Shown here piece by piece: positions 40,130 through 50,392 of a DNA stretch of 64,000 nucleotides. The position numbers were made by a program, and so were the translations under genes. Source of the DNA: Candidatus Kapaibacterium sp. (GTDB lineage: Bacteria; Bacteroidota; Ignavibacteria; Kapaibacteriales; UBA2268). The stretch's first letter is position 1. Every line of letters begins with the position of its first letter. The DNA is taken from the NCBI GenBank assembly GCA_963665665.1, contig OY762428.1, positions 3,584,001 through 3,648,000 on the forward strand, read 5' to 3'. Below the pieces are notes generated by a model, which worked only from the letters and a program-made list of their open reading frames with translations, ran no database searches and was not told the origin of the DNA.

Positions 40130-40321
40130 TTTTTACGTCTCATATTCTTTTAGAATCATATTCCATTCAGTAATATAGTAAAATATTTTTGCATGATAAA
40201 ATGCTTAAATTACAATTTTTCTATATTTGCTAATAATATGCCACGCTAATAATTATAATCACGTGAAAATTCATTAAATTTGTATAAAAGGAAATTATAC
40301 ATTGAATCTAAGGAATGAATA

Positions 40322-41407
40322 ATGCAGATAGGAATAATTGGACTTCCGTATTCAGGAAAAACAACACTTTTCCAGACTCTTACAGGAACGCTTCTCGGCC
40401 CCGATGCCGTTCAAAAAAGGGATGCCAACCAGGCTGTGGTGAAAGTACCTGATGCCAGGCTTGATGCACTGACGGAAATATTTAACCCCAAAAAGAAAGT
40501 TAATGCAGTTATAGATTTTGTTGATTTTGCCGGTGTACAAAAGGGCGACAGCGCCGGTTCGGCATTCAACAGCCAGTTCATGGCAAAAGTAAAAACCAAC
40601 GATGCCATCCTTCACGTGGCAAGGGGCTTCGAGGATGACGCAGTTCCGCATATCGAAGGAAATGTAAATCTGATCAGGGATATAAGAACCCTGGAAGAAG
40701 AGTTTATATTTGCCGATATGGCTTTCGTGGAATCAAGGCTGGAAAAGCTGGCAAAAGACCTTAAAAAACCTAAAGACAGGGATAAAGTACAGAAAGAAAT
40801 TGATATTATGAAACGCTGGCAGGCCGAACTTGAAAATGAAACACCCCTTAGGGAAGTTGAAATGAGTGATGAGGAGCAATTACTTATTAAAAACTATGCC
40901 CCTCTTTCTGCCAAGCCCCTGCTGATAGCGCTAAACCTGAGTGAAGACGATGTTGCTAAGGCAGAGGAAATTCAGAATAAAGTAAAAGAAGAGATTAAAG
41001 GCAAAAACGTTGCAGTTGAGCCTTTCTTTGCAAAAATTGAAATGGAACTTCTGCAGCTTTCCGATGATGAAAAAGAAATGTTCATGGAAGAATACGGCTT
41101 GACGGATTCGCCACTCAGCAGGCTGCTTCGCAGCGCTTATGCCCTTCTTGGCCTTCAGTCATTCTTTACCGTTGGCGAAGACGAGTGCCGCGCATGGACA
41201 ATCAGGAAAGGCATGAACGCTCAGGAATCTTCCGGGGTTATTCATACTGATTTTTATAACAAATTTATTCGTGCCGAAGTCGTCTCCTATAATGATTTCA
41301 TGGAACACAAATCCATGCAGGCTTGCAAAGAAAAGGGCCTTTTCAGGCTGGAAGGTAAAGAATATATTGTAAACGACGGAGATATTATAAATGTCAGACA
41401 CGGGTAA
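40322..41407 (+). CDS. ychF: Redox-regulated ATPase YchF
   Basis: GIIGLP.SGKTT, VPD.RL, FFTVGEDE.RAW, IHTDF..FIRAE, RLEGKEYIV.DGD. Confidence 0.95.
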   Translation: MQIGIIGLPYSGKTTLFQTLTGTLLGPDAVQKRDANQAVVKVPDARLDALTEIFNPKKKVNAVIDFVDFAGVQKGDSAGSAFNSQFMAKVKTNDAILHVARGFEDDAVPHIEGNVNLIRDIRTLEEEFIFADMAFVESRLEKLAKDLKKPKDRDKVQKEIDIMKRWQAELENETPLREVEMSDEEQLLIKNYAPLSAKPLLIALNLSEDDVAKAEEIQNKVKEEIKGKNVAVEPFFAKIEMELLQLSDDEKEMFMEEYGLTDSPLSRLLRSAYALLGLQSFFTVGEDECRAWTIRKGMNAQESSGVIHTDFYNKFIRAEVVSYNDFMEHKSMQACKEKGLFRLEGKEYIVNDGDIINVRHG

Positions 41408-41903
41408 ATTTTCGAAATATAGTTTAATAATTTCCTTTCTGTTTTTATTTTTATTATCCAATCTTCATTCAGAAGAAAAGGAAATAATTCCCGATGGTTT
41501 TACCGCCGATTTCCCGGGAAAGCTCCTTAGGTTCGACCGTGACGACGAACTTGATGAAACATCCGACCTTCTGATCTATACTACAAGGGATAAAGAAACT
41601 GCTGAATCTTATACCGTTACGGTAATAAATTTCAAAGATAAAATAGACAGCCTTGAGCAGTACAACAAAGCAATTGAAGAATACAAACTGAAATGGAAAC
41701 TATCCGGAACCATTACACCCGACAGGCCCGATATTTTATATTTCACCGGCAAGGGCAATATGTTCTTCTTCCTGAAAATTGTAATCACAGAAAAAACCTT
41801 ATATGAAATTAGCGTTTATGGCTATAGGAACGATTACGGCCCCGAAAGGAAGCTGAAATTTTTTGACTCATTTGAAATCATTGATAAAGACGACAAGGAA
41901 TGA
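41391..41903 (+). CDS. Secreted hypothetical protein
   Basis: Signal peptide; overlaps ychF and the downstream gene; FFDSF C-terminal motif. Confidence 0.6.
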   Translation: MSDTGKFSKYSLIISFLFLFLLSNLHSEEKEIIPDGFTADFPGKLLRFDRDDELDETSDLLIYTTRDKETAESYTVTVINFKDKIDSLEQYNKAIEEYKLKWKLSGTITPDRPDILYFTGKGNMFFFLKIVITEKTLYEISVYGYRNDYGPERKLKFFDSFEIIDKDDKE

Positions 41904-43210
41904 AGAAAGTATTAATTGTAGCTTATTATTTCCCGCCGTCAGGCGGGCCGGGAGTTCAAAGAGTATTAAAGCATATTAAATATCTTCCCGAATTCGGGTG
42001 GCAGCCCGTGGTGCTTACCGTATCCAACGGACAATATCCTGCCATAGACGAATCCCTTTTGAAAGAGATACCTGATACAACTATTGTTGAAAGAGTGAAA
42101 ATCCACGAACCTTATGATATCTACCGAAAGCTTACCGGCAAGTCCAAAGGTACGGCCATTGATGTTAACGTGATTAAGAAAGATGGCCAGAAGCGTTCAT
42201 TCAAGGAAAAAATTGCCGAGTTTATCCGTGCAACTTTTTTCATTCCCGATGCCAGGATTGCCTGGACTTTAACAGCAGCAAAAGCAGCCCGAAAAATAAT
42301 GAGCGAACATAATATAAAAGCAGTTTATAGTTCATCGCCTCCTTATACGGCATCAATTATCGCACGAAATATCAAAAGGGAGTTCGACCTGCCATGGATA
42401 GCAGGCTTCCGCGATCCCTGGACGAAATTTCTTACTACTCCAAAGCGTTGGTTTATCCCGGCACTTATTGATACTCACATGGAGCGCACCTGCTTTGAAC
42501 AGGCAGACAGGGTTGAATCTGCCTGGCAAGGTATAACAAAAGATGCCATTGGAAAATATCCACTTCTTAAGAAGGAAAAGTTTGCCCATGTTCCAAACGG
42601 ATTTGATTCATCGGATTTTCCCGAAGTTGAAAAGGCAGACAACAAAAAATTCACAGTGACTTATACCGGGTCAATGTATGGCAGAAGAAATCCGGCAGCA
42701 TTTTTCGAAGCTCTTCAGAAATTGATAGATACCGGCAAGATTGATAAAAACGATCTGCATCTCCGGTTTGTAGGCCGTTTCGGCGCCGAGGTTGAGGAAA
42801 TGTTTGAAAAAGCTTCCTTCAGGGATTCAATCGAGTTAGTTTCTTATGTACCGCATTCCGAAAGCCTGAAATTCCTGATGAAGTCGGATGCCCTTCTTCT
42901 TGTTGTTGACGAGGCAAAGGAAAGCGAAGAGATAGTTCCCGGAAAAGTATATGAATACGTGGGAGTGCTCAGGCCGATAATTGCTGTAGGGCCGGAAAAA
43001 AGCGCCATAGCCGACCTTCTTGCCGAAACCAAATGCGGACGTATAGCCCACCAGGGCAAAGTTGATGATATTGCTGATATTATTCTGCTATATTATCATA
43101 ACTGGAAGAATAAAAATGAAGATTTTACACCAGTTATTAAAAATGTAAACAAGTACGAACGTCGCGAGGCAGCACGAACATTGGCTGCAATGCTCGACGA
43201 ACTGACATAA
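41900..43210 (+). CDS. Glycosyltransferase family 4
   Basis: YYFPPSGGPGVQR, FRDPW, PNGFD, PGKVYEY. Confidence 0.92.
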   Translation: MKKVLIVAYYFPPSGGPGVQRVLKHIKYLPEFGWQPVVLTVSNGQYPAIDESLLKEIPDTTIVERVKIHEPYDIYRKLTGKSKGTAIDVNVIKKDGQKRSFKEKIAEFIRATFFIPDARIAWTLTAAKAARKIMSEHNIKAVYSSSPPYTASIIARNIKREFDLPWIAGFRDPWTKFLTTPKRWFIPALIDTHMERTCFEQADRVESAWQGITKDAIGKYPLLKKEKFAHVPNGFDSSDFPEVEKADNKKFTVTYTGSMYGRRNPAAFFEALQKLIDTGKIDKNDLHLRFVGRFGAEVEEMFEKASFRDSIELVSYVPHSESLKFLMKSDALLLVVDEAKESEEIVPGKVYEYVGVLRPIIAVGPEKSAIADLLAETKCGRIAHQGKVDDIADIILLYYHNWKNKNEDFTPVIKNVNKYERREAARTLAAMLDELT

Positions 43211-43230
43211 TAATTTAATGAGGTTTTTTA

Positions 43231-45303
43231 ATGAAACGATTTTTTACAATTGTCCTGCTTCTTTCGCTGACTGCCGCCATCCCCGGTATTCATGCAGAGG
43301 AAGGTATGTGGACTTACGACAATTTACCCATCAAAGATATTAAAGAAAAATACGGTTTCGAACCTACTAAGGAATGGCTCGATCATGCCCGCCTGTCCAG
43401 TGTCAGGTTCAATGACGGTGGCTCGGGATCTTTTATCAGCCCGAATGGTTTGGTAATGACAAATCATCACGTCGCTGTTTTCCAGATACAAAAACTCTCA
43501 ACGCCTGAGAACAATTACGTAGATAAAGGCTTCCTCGCAAATTCTTATGATGAAGAATTGAAATGCGCCGACCTTGAACTGAACGTGCTTATGTCCATGG
43601 AAAACATCACCGACAGAGTCAGGTCTGCTGAAAAAGATGATATGAGCCCTTCTGAAAAGCTAAAAGCCGTAAAAGATGAAGTGGCAAAGATACAGAAAGA
43701 GGAAAAAGAAGCAACAGGCCTCCGTTGTGATGTTGTCAATCTTTATCAGGGCGGAGAATACTGGGTTTACAGATATAAAAAATATACCGACATCCGCCTG
43801 GTGATGGCTCCCGAAAGAATGGCTGCATATTTTGGCGGAGACTACGACAACTTTACATATCCCCGTTGGGATCTTGATATGACTTTTTTCAGAGTATATG
43901 AAGACGACAAGCCGATTAAATCCGAGAACTACTTTAAATGGAGTAAGAACGGCGCTAAAGAAAATGAACTTGTTTTCGTTACCGGGCATCCCGGCTCTAC
44001 AAGCAGGCTTTACACTCATGCCGAACTTCTGAACGATCGTGATGAATCCATGCCCAGAAATCTTGATTTAATTGATTATTTTATAAAAACACTTAAAGAT
44101 TATTCCGCAGGCGGCGAGGAGCAGGCAAGGCGTGCTCTGACAACATTGTTCTATCTTGCGAACAGTACAAAGGCACGCGGTGGTATGTACGAAGGGCTTC
44201 AGGACGAAGCTATCATGAAGAAACATCTTGATGAAGAAAAAGCACTTATCAGTAAGATTAAAGCTAATCCGGAATGGAATAAACTTTACGGCAATGCATG
44301 GGACAATATTGCAAAAATCATTAATGATAATAAAGAATTCTCGCTGAAGCATTTCTATCGTGGAATAATTGTTTACCGGGCAACATCTCTTCTCGGCAAA
44401 GCCTTATCTTTTGTTCGCTATGCCAAGGAAATTGAAAAACCCGACATGGAACGCAGGAATGGTTATCACGACACCCAGATAGAAGGACTGAAATTCTCAC
44501 TCCTTTCTCCCGCCCCGATATTCAAAGACCTTGAAGAAGCAAAACTTGCAGCCTTCCTTAAATTCGTAATTGAAAAATCAGGAAAAGACAATGTTGTTGA
44601 AATGTTCCTTCAGGGAAAAAGCCCGGATAAAGCAGCTCACGCACTTATAGCCAATACCAAGATGAATGACGTGAATTACAGGAAAGAACTATGGGATCTT
44701 GACCCCGATGAAATTCTTGAATCAGACGACCCTTTCATCAAGCTTGCTATCAAACTCGATCCTGTTCTTGAAGCAGACAAAGACTATTATGATAACAATA
44801 TTGCCGGACAGCTTAAAGAGGAATCTGTAAAAATTGCCAAAGCACGCTTTGCTGTTTATGGCAAAAGCATTTATCCCGATGCCAACTTCACGCTTAGGCT
44901 TTCCTACGGTTCAATTAAGGGCTACAAGATGAACGGAACCCTTGCCCCGTACAAAACCACTCTTTACGGCCTTTACGACAGAGCGCTCAGTTTTGATAAA
45001 GCAGAAGATTTTAATCCTCCGCAAAGATACTGGGATAAGCAAAACAAACTTGACCTGGCCACTCCGGTAAACCAGGTTTCTACAAATGATATTATTGGCG
45101 GAAACAGTGGCTCTCCGCTTATAAACAAAAACGCCGAAGTAGTCGGGCTTGTTTTTGACGGTAATATCGAAAGCCTGCCGGGAAGATATATCTATGATAT
45201 GGAAGCCAACAGGACAGTTTCCGTCCACAGCTCATATATCATCGAGGCACTGCGTAAACTTTATGATGCAAATAAACTTGCCGACGAGATACAGGGCAAA
45301 TAG
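43231..45303 (+). CDS. S46 family dipeptidyl peptidase (DPP7-like)
   Basis: EEGMW, TNHH, PDANFTLR, DIIGGNSGSP; FDGN (Gly at the S1 position as in DPP7, not the Arg of DPP11). Confidence 0.92.
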   Translation: MKRFFTIVLLLSLTAAIPGIHAEEGMWTYDNLPIKDIKEKYGFEPTKEWLDHARLSSVRFNDGGSGSFISPNGLVMTNHHVAVFQIQKLSTPENNYVDKGFLANSYDEELKCADLELNVLMSMENITDRVRSAEKDDMSPSEKLKAVKDEVAKIQKEEKEATGLRCDVVNLYQGGEYWVYRYKKYTDIRLVMAPERMAAYFGGDYDNFTYPRWDLDMTFFRVYEDDKPIKSENYFKWSKNGAKENELVFVTGHPGSTSRLYTHAELLNDRDESMPRNLDLIDYFIKTLKDYSAGGEEQARRALTTLFYLANSTKARGGMYEGLQDEAIMKKHLDEEKALISKIKANPEWNKLYGNAWDNIAKIINDNKEFSLKHFYRGIIVYRATSLLGKALSFVRYAKEIEKPDMERRNGYHDTQIEGLKFSLLSPAPIFKDLEEAKLAAFLKFVIEKSGKDNVVEMFLQGKSPDKAAHALIANTKMNDVNYRKELWDLDPDEILESDDPFIKLAIKLDPVLEADKDYYDNNIAGQLKEESVKIAKARFAVYGKSIYPDANFTLRLSYGSIKGYKMNGTLAPYKTTLYGLYDRALSFDKAEDFNPPQRYWDKQNKLDLATPVNQVSTNDIIGGNSGSPLINKNAEVVGLVFDGNIESLPGRYIYDMEANRTVSVHSSYIIEALRKLYDANKLADEIQGK

Positions 45304-45325
45304 TTTGCAATTACTATTAAAACTC

Positions 45326-45359
45326 AGGGGCAGGTTTTCCTAAACACCTGCCCTTTTTT
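45326..45359 (+). terminator. Intrinsic terminator
   Basis: ggggcagg...cctgccc followed by T-run. Confidence 0.8.
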
Positions 45360-45729
45360 ATTATGTGTTAGCAAAAGTGGTGAATTTCGGATCATTTCTT
45401 TCCATTGGAGGGGCAGCGGCATTTCACTAATGTTTGAAAGCAAAGAAAAAGAATCCACCCCGACTCGCTGCGCTCGCCACCCCTCCACTGGAGGGGAATT
45501 TTTAGAAAAATCAGCCATCCAGAAAGCGGCGTAGCCGCGACATTTTTGTAGTAAATCGATCCCTGTATGAACAACAGCCCCGTCGGGGCGGCATTTATAT
45601 ATCAGATGTCGCTCCTATGGAGCTTTGAATATTCGTTATGCAAATATTATCTACAAAAATTCCGCTCTTACGGAGCTTATTCCCTCCTTCCGAAGGAGGG
45701 GGGCGGGGTGAGGTAGGAAGGATCAGCTG

Positions 45730-46615
45730 CATTTCACCGATGTTCTAAGTCATTGCCGCCTTGTTTGAAGATAATGACGCCTTGTTCCAAATCAAAGCAA
45801 GAAAACCACCCCTGTATTCCCCTCCTACTTTAGGAGGGGATAAGAAGTTAAATATCATAAGATTAACTCCCCCTCCTTCCGAAGGAGGGGGCCGGGGGGA
45901 AGTAGGAAGGGTCTATGGTAATGCACCGATGGTCGACACTATTGAACCAAAGTTTTAACCTATTGCTGCCTTGTTCGAATCAATACACCGAAGGTTCAAC
46001 CCATTGCTACCTTTTTCTTCTTCAAAGCCCTCTCCTTTGGGGAGGGTTTGGGAGGGGTCTAAGTTATTGCATAGATGTTTGAAACCATTGCTGCCTTGTT
46101 CCGAATCAATACACCGAAGGTTCAACCCATTGCTACCTTTTTCTTCTTCAAAGCCCTCTCCTTCGGGGAGGGTTTGGGAGGGGTCTAAGTTATTGCATAG
46201 ATGTTTGAAGCCATTGCTGCCTTGTTCGGAGATATTGCACCGATGTTTTGCTTTATTGCTACCTTGTTTTAAGTTAATGTCGCCTTGTTAGGAATTATTG
46301 TTGCCTTGTTTGAAGTTATTATCGCCTTGTTCGGAGTCATTGCTGCCTTGTTTGAAGCTATTGATGCTTTGTTCGAAGTCATTGCACCGATGTTCGGAGT
46401 CATTGATGCCTTGGTCGAAGTCATTGATGCCTTGGTCGGAGTTATTGCTGCCTTGTTTGTAGGCATTGCTGCCTTGTTTTGGGGTAATGATGCCTTGTTC
46501 CAAATCGATGCACCGATGTTTGAAGATAATGAACTCTTGGTTGAAGCTATTGCAGCAATGTTTTGCTTCATTGCTGCCTTGTTTGAAGGCATTGAACTCT
46601 TGGTCGGAGGCAAAG
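45730..46615. repeat. Degenerate 21-bp tandem array (ttgctgccttgttcgaagtca), interrupted by palindromes and a ~126-bp duplication
   Basis: Heptad periodicity in translations (SNKAAMT / IAALFEV); 45960-46085 repeated at 46086-46211. Confidence 0.8.
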
Positions 46616-46620
46616 AACAT

Positions 46621-46872
46621 GTTCAGTAAGATCAACCAAGCGTTCAGTAAGGTCAAACAAGTGTTCAGTAAAGCCAACCAAGTGTTCAATAAGGTCAACC
46701 AAGTGTTCAATAAGGTCAACCAAGTGTTCAATAAGGTCAACCAAGTGTTCAATAAGGTCAACCAAGTGTTCAGTAAGATCAACCAAGTGTTCAGTAAAGC
46801 CAACCAAGTGTTCAGTAAGGTCAAACAAGTGTTCAGTAAGATCAACCAAGCGTTCAATGAGGCCAAATTTCA
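46621..46872. repeat. Homogeneous 21-bp tandem array (gttcaataaggtcaaccaagt), about 12 units
   Basis: Direct reading; four exact central copies at 46684-46767. Confidence 0.95.
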
Positions 46873-47604
46873 CTACAATAAGGCCAAAGAATGCTTCAAT
46901 ACCTCCGGTCAAGGCAGTATAAAGCCCTGCCAACAAATCAATTAGCCCAAACATCATGGTTTTAATTATAAACAGTATTGAAATAAGGAAATTATTCGAT
47001 TCATTGAACCCGGAGGATGGGGAATTAAGGCCGGCGGCCTGTTCATTGGGGTGGAAAAACGGGTAAACTGAGCAAAAGAATGAGGTGTTATGTTGCCTTT
47101 CTGACGGAGCGAAGCGACGGAAGAATCCATCTTTGTTCGCCAGATAGTGCATAAAGAATGGATTCTTCGCTGGCGCTCAGAATGACATGCAGTTTTACCA
47201 TCGTCAAGTTCAATAGCCACGTGCTTTAGCTCGTGGGTAAAGATGCAAGGTGCGGAGGCAAAGAAAAAGAATCCACCCCAGCCTGTCCCGACGTGTCGGG
47301 AACTCGCTGCGCTCGCCACCCCTCAACGAGGGGAATTTTTCCGGAAGTCCACCCCCGGCCTTCGGGCATCCCCGCCGGTGGGGGACAGGTGATTTTCCCT
47401 CCTTCCCAAGTTGTACTTGGGAAGGAATATTTCCTGCAAAGTTCTACTTTGGAATTATGAAGCTCAGCTTCAAAAGAAAACTGCATTGCGAATTTCAACT
47501 TCGTAATGAGGGGGAATGTATAAAGAATGGATTCTTCGCTGTCGCTCAGAATGACCGCTTTATCAGATTCTTGAGACATTCCGATTTAAAATTTAAAGTT
47601 TTAC

Positions 47605-48411
47605 CTATCCCTGTTCTTTTGGTTTGTTCAGACGTTTTAAATTTAGCAGAATGATAAGCCCGATCAGTACAAATGGTATGCTAAGCAGCTGCCCCATATC
47701 AAAAGTCATAGTGGATTCGAAGCTTTCCTGTACTTCTTTGAAAAATTCAATTACAAACCGGGCGGTGAATACCAATACAAGGAACAGCCCGAAAAGCATT
47801 CCGTTGGGCGGTTTGTATTCGTGTTTCTTATACATGAAAAACAGGAATAGGAAAATGGCAAAATATGTAAATGCCTCGTACATCTGCGCCGGGTGGCGCG
47901 GAATAAGGTCAACATTTGCAAACACTACTGCCCAGGGCAGATCCGAGGGGGTGCCGATTATCTCGGAATTAAAGAAATTACCCGACCTGATGAACAGTCC
48001 TCCGAGAGCAACCGTAATTACAACTCTGTCAATTATCCACCAGTAGGTGAAGTAGGGGCGCTTGCGCACGAAAAGCCACAATACAAATGGTATTGAAATG
48101 GCCGCGCCGTGGCTGGCAAGGCCGCCTTCCCAGATTTTTAATATCTCGATGGGGTTGGACAGGTAGTAGTCCGGATTATAGAACAGGCAGTGCCCGAGCC
48201 TTGCGCCGATAATTACGGCGGCAATAACCATGAATGTAAGGGATTCAAGGTCTTTGAGTGGTTTGCCTTCTTTTTTAAAAAAGTATGACATCAACTGGTA
48301 GCCAACAACGAATGTTAGAGCGTAAAGCAGGCCGTACCAGCGAATATGTAAAAATCCTATGCTGAATATTTCGGGGGATGCGTCCCAGTAAATTGATGCT
48401 AAAATGTTCAT
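47605..48411 (-). CDS. lgt: Prolipoprotein diacylglyceryl transferase
   Basis: IRWYG, GARLGH, GGLASHG, R.GNFFNSE, RHPAQMYE. Confidence 0.97.
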   Translation of the reverse strand: MNILASIYWDASPEIFSIGFLHIRWYGLLYALTFVVGYQLMSYFFKKEGKPLKDLESLTFMVIAAVIIGARLGHCLFYNPDYYLSNPIEILKIWEGGLASHGAAISIPFVLWLFVRKRPYFTYWWIIDRVVITVALGGLFIRSGNFFNSEIIGTPSDLPWAVVFANVDLIPRHPAQMYEAFTYFAIFLFLFFMYKKHEYKPPNGMLFGLFLVLVFTARFVIEFFKEVQESFESTMTFDMGQLLSIPFVLIGLIILLNLKRLNKPKEQG

Positions 48412-48424
48412 TTTGCCTGATTAT

Positions 48425-49324
48425 TTATAATTTTACTTTTTTATTGTCGTTGCATTCATCGTTATCTCCCGCGCTTGCAGACCACAGAAGCTTGTTCCTT
48501 AACAGATCGTAATAAGACGAATCTATAGGCTTAATAAGTTTAATTTTTTCCTCGGAGCGTTTGAAGATGAGAGAGTCATCATGCTTAAGCGTTCTTTTAA
48601 TCTGTCCGTCGGCCACAAAGCTTACTTCGCCTGTAAGCGACATCACTTTAAGTGTTATCTCGTATCCGTCGTCAATAACAAGCGGGCGGAATGTAAGCGA
48701 GTGAGGACAAATAGGAGTTATACAGAAGACGTTGGTATCGGGTGCAAGGATAGGGCCGCCGCATGAAAGCGAATAAGCCGTCGATCCTGTGGGTGTTGTA
48801 AGTATAAGCCCGTCAGACCTGTATTCACCGATAAAGTTGTTATTTGCGAAGGCATGAATGGTTATCATTCGGGATGAATCTTTCTTTTCGATCACTGCGT
48901 CGTTCAGGGCATAAATTGTTTCGCCTTCGATTGTTGTTTCGATAACGGTTCTGTCCACAACCCTGTAGTTGCCAGCCAGAATATTGGTAAGTGATTCGGT
49001 AAGGTTATTTACGGAGAATTCTGCGAGGAATCCAAGCTTACCCACGTTAAAGCCCATAATGGGAATACCTGTATTTACAAGTTCTCTTGCAGCGCCAAGC
49101 ATAGTGCCGTCGCCTCCGAAGGAGATAACGGTATCAACCTGCTTTTCGAACATATCAGTAGTACAGGGTTTGATTTTTTCTTTCAGGCCATCGGGGAATA
49201 GATCAATAACATTCTGGCCGGCACAGCATTCGGCATCATTTTCGATTAGGAATCTTGCCGTTAGTTCAGCCGGTTTCACTGCTTCCGGTTTTCCGGGGCC
49301 AATAAATAGTCCAAAACTTTTCAT
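48425..49324 (-). CDS. nadK: NAD kinase
   Basis: GGDGT, GKLGFL, ALND, TPTGSTAYSLSCGGP. Confidence 0.96.
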   Translation of the reverse strand: MKSFGLFIGPGKPEAVKPAELTARFLIENDAECCAGQNVIDLFPDGLKEKIKPCTTDMFEKQVDTVISFGGDGTMLGAARELVNTGIPIMGFNVGKLGFLAEFSVNNLTESLTNILAGNYRVVDRTVIETTIEGETIYALNDAVIEKKDSSRMITIHAFANNNFIGEYRSDGLILTTPTGSTAYSLSCGGPILAPDTNVFCITPICPHSLTFRPLVIDDGYEITLKVMSLTGEVSFVADGQIKRTLKHDDSLIFKRSEEKIKLIKPIDSSYYDLLRNKLLWSASAGDNDECNDNKKVKL

Positions 49325-49356
49325 AGTAATCTCGATATCATTATTAAAACCACGGA

Positions 49357-50316
49357 TCAGGCAAGTTCATCAGCCAGCCTGATAAGGTAATCGGGTAATT
49401 CTTTTTTAATATTCCAGGTATCGGGAAGAGCCGTGTATTCAATATTATGATGAGTTCTTCCTACCATCACGTCAGTTTTGCCATCAAGAAGTGCAAGTAT
49501 CGCAGCTTCCCCGAGATGACTTGCAAGTACTCTGTCCCTGACTGTAGGGCTGCCTCCGCGCTGAATATGGCCGAGTATCGTCACTTTGGAATTAATTTCA
49601 TATTTTTCATTTAGGAGTGTAGCTATACGTGTGGCATTACCAAGTTCGTCACCTTCGCCAACTATAACAATTGTACGACGCTTTTTACCCTGCTTCAATA
49701 TCCGCTGGTAAAGAATATCAAGGTTGGTAACGGTTTCGGGAACTGCCACGTATTCAGCGCCGGTAGATATACCGGTATCCATTGCGATAAAACCGGCATG
49801 ACGTCCCATCACCTCTACAATGAATACCCTGCCGTGAGAATCGGCAGTATCCCTGATACGGTCAATTGCTTCGGCCGCGGTATTTACGGCGGTGTCGTAT
49901 CCTATGGTATATAGTGTTCCGTATAAATCATTATCAATTGTTCCTGGAGTTCCGACGATAGGTATGCCATGTTCTTCCCACAAGGCATGAGCGCCATGGA
50001 AGGTACCGTCGCCGCCACAGGCAACAATGCCTTCAATTCCGTGATCCCGGAGTTGGTCCGCAGCGGCTGCCCTTCCGCCCGGATTCATGAACTCTTTGGA
50101 ACGGCTTGTTTTAAGGATTGTTCCGCCGCGGGAAATAATATTTGCTGTTTCCCGGCGTCCGAGTCTTTTAAAATCTCCTTCAATCATACCGGAATAACCG
50201 CCGATAACACCGAAAATTTCAATTCCTTTCCGGAGGGCTGTCCGTACAACCGCCCTGACATGTGCATTCATGCCGGGTGCATCGCCTCCGCTTGTAAATA
50301 CTGCTATTCTTTTCAT
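49357..50316 (-). CDS. pfkA: ATP-dependent 6-phosphofructokinase
   Basis: TSGGDAPGMN, GGDGT, PGTIDND, EVMGR, LGHIQRGG. Confidence 0.97.
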   Translation of the reverse strand: MKRIAVFTSGGDAPGMNAHVRAVVRTALRKGIEIFGVIGGYSGMIEGDFKRLGRRETANIISRGGTILKTSRSKEFMNPGGRAAAADQLRDHGIEGIVACGGDGTFHGAHALWEEHGIPIVGTPGTIDNDLYGTLYTIGYDTAVNTAAEAIDRIRDTADSHGRVFIVEVMGRHAGFIAMDTGISTGAEYVAVPETVTNLDILYQRILKQGKKRRTIVIVGEGDELGNATRIATLLNEKYEINSKVTILGHIQRGGSPTVRDRVLASHLGEAAILALLDGKTDVMVGRTHHNIEYTALPDTWNIKKELPDYLIRLADELA

Positions 50317-50392
50317 TTCTTCCCCAAAGGGTTAGTAGCTAATTCAAGTTTTCAAATTTAACGAATATATAAAAAAAATCAGAAACGCAATT

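Larger units (their letters stand above)
45440..47556. repeat. Cluster of several palindromic REP-like families
   Basis: e.g. gctcctatggagc/gctcttacggagc (45.6 kb), cctccttccgaaggaggg, gattcttcgct.gcgctcagaatgac-type (47161, 47530), ccacgtgctttagctcgtgg (47216), ttcccaagttgtacttgggaa (47403). Confidence 0.8.

Noticed and set aside
46200-46872. CRISPR array
   Set aside because: Units are contiguous 21-mers with no unique spacers, and there are no cas genes in the window.
45324-47654. The many overlapping ORFs in the repeat tract as real genes
   Set aside because: They translate palindromes and tandem repeats, overlap in several frames and lack convincing starts; not called as CDS.
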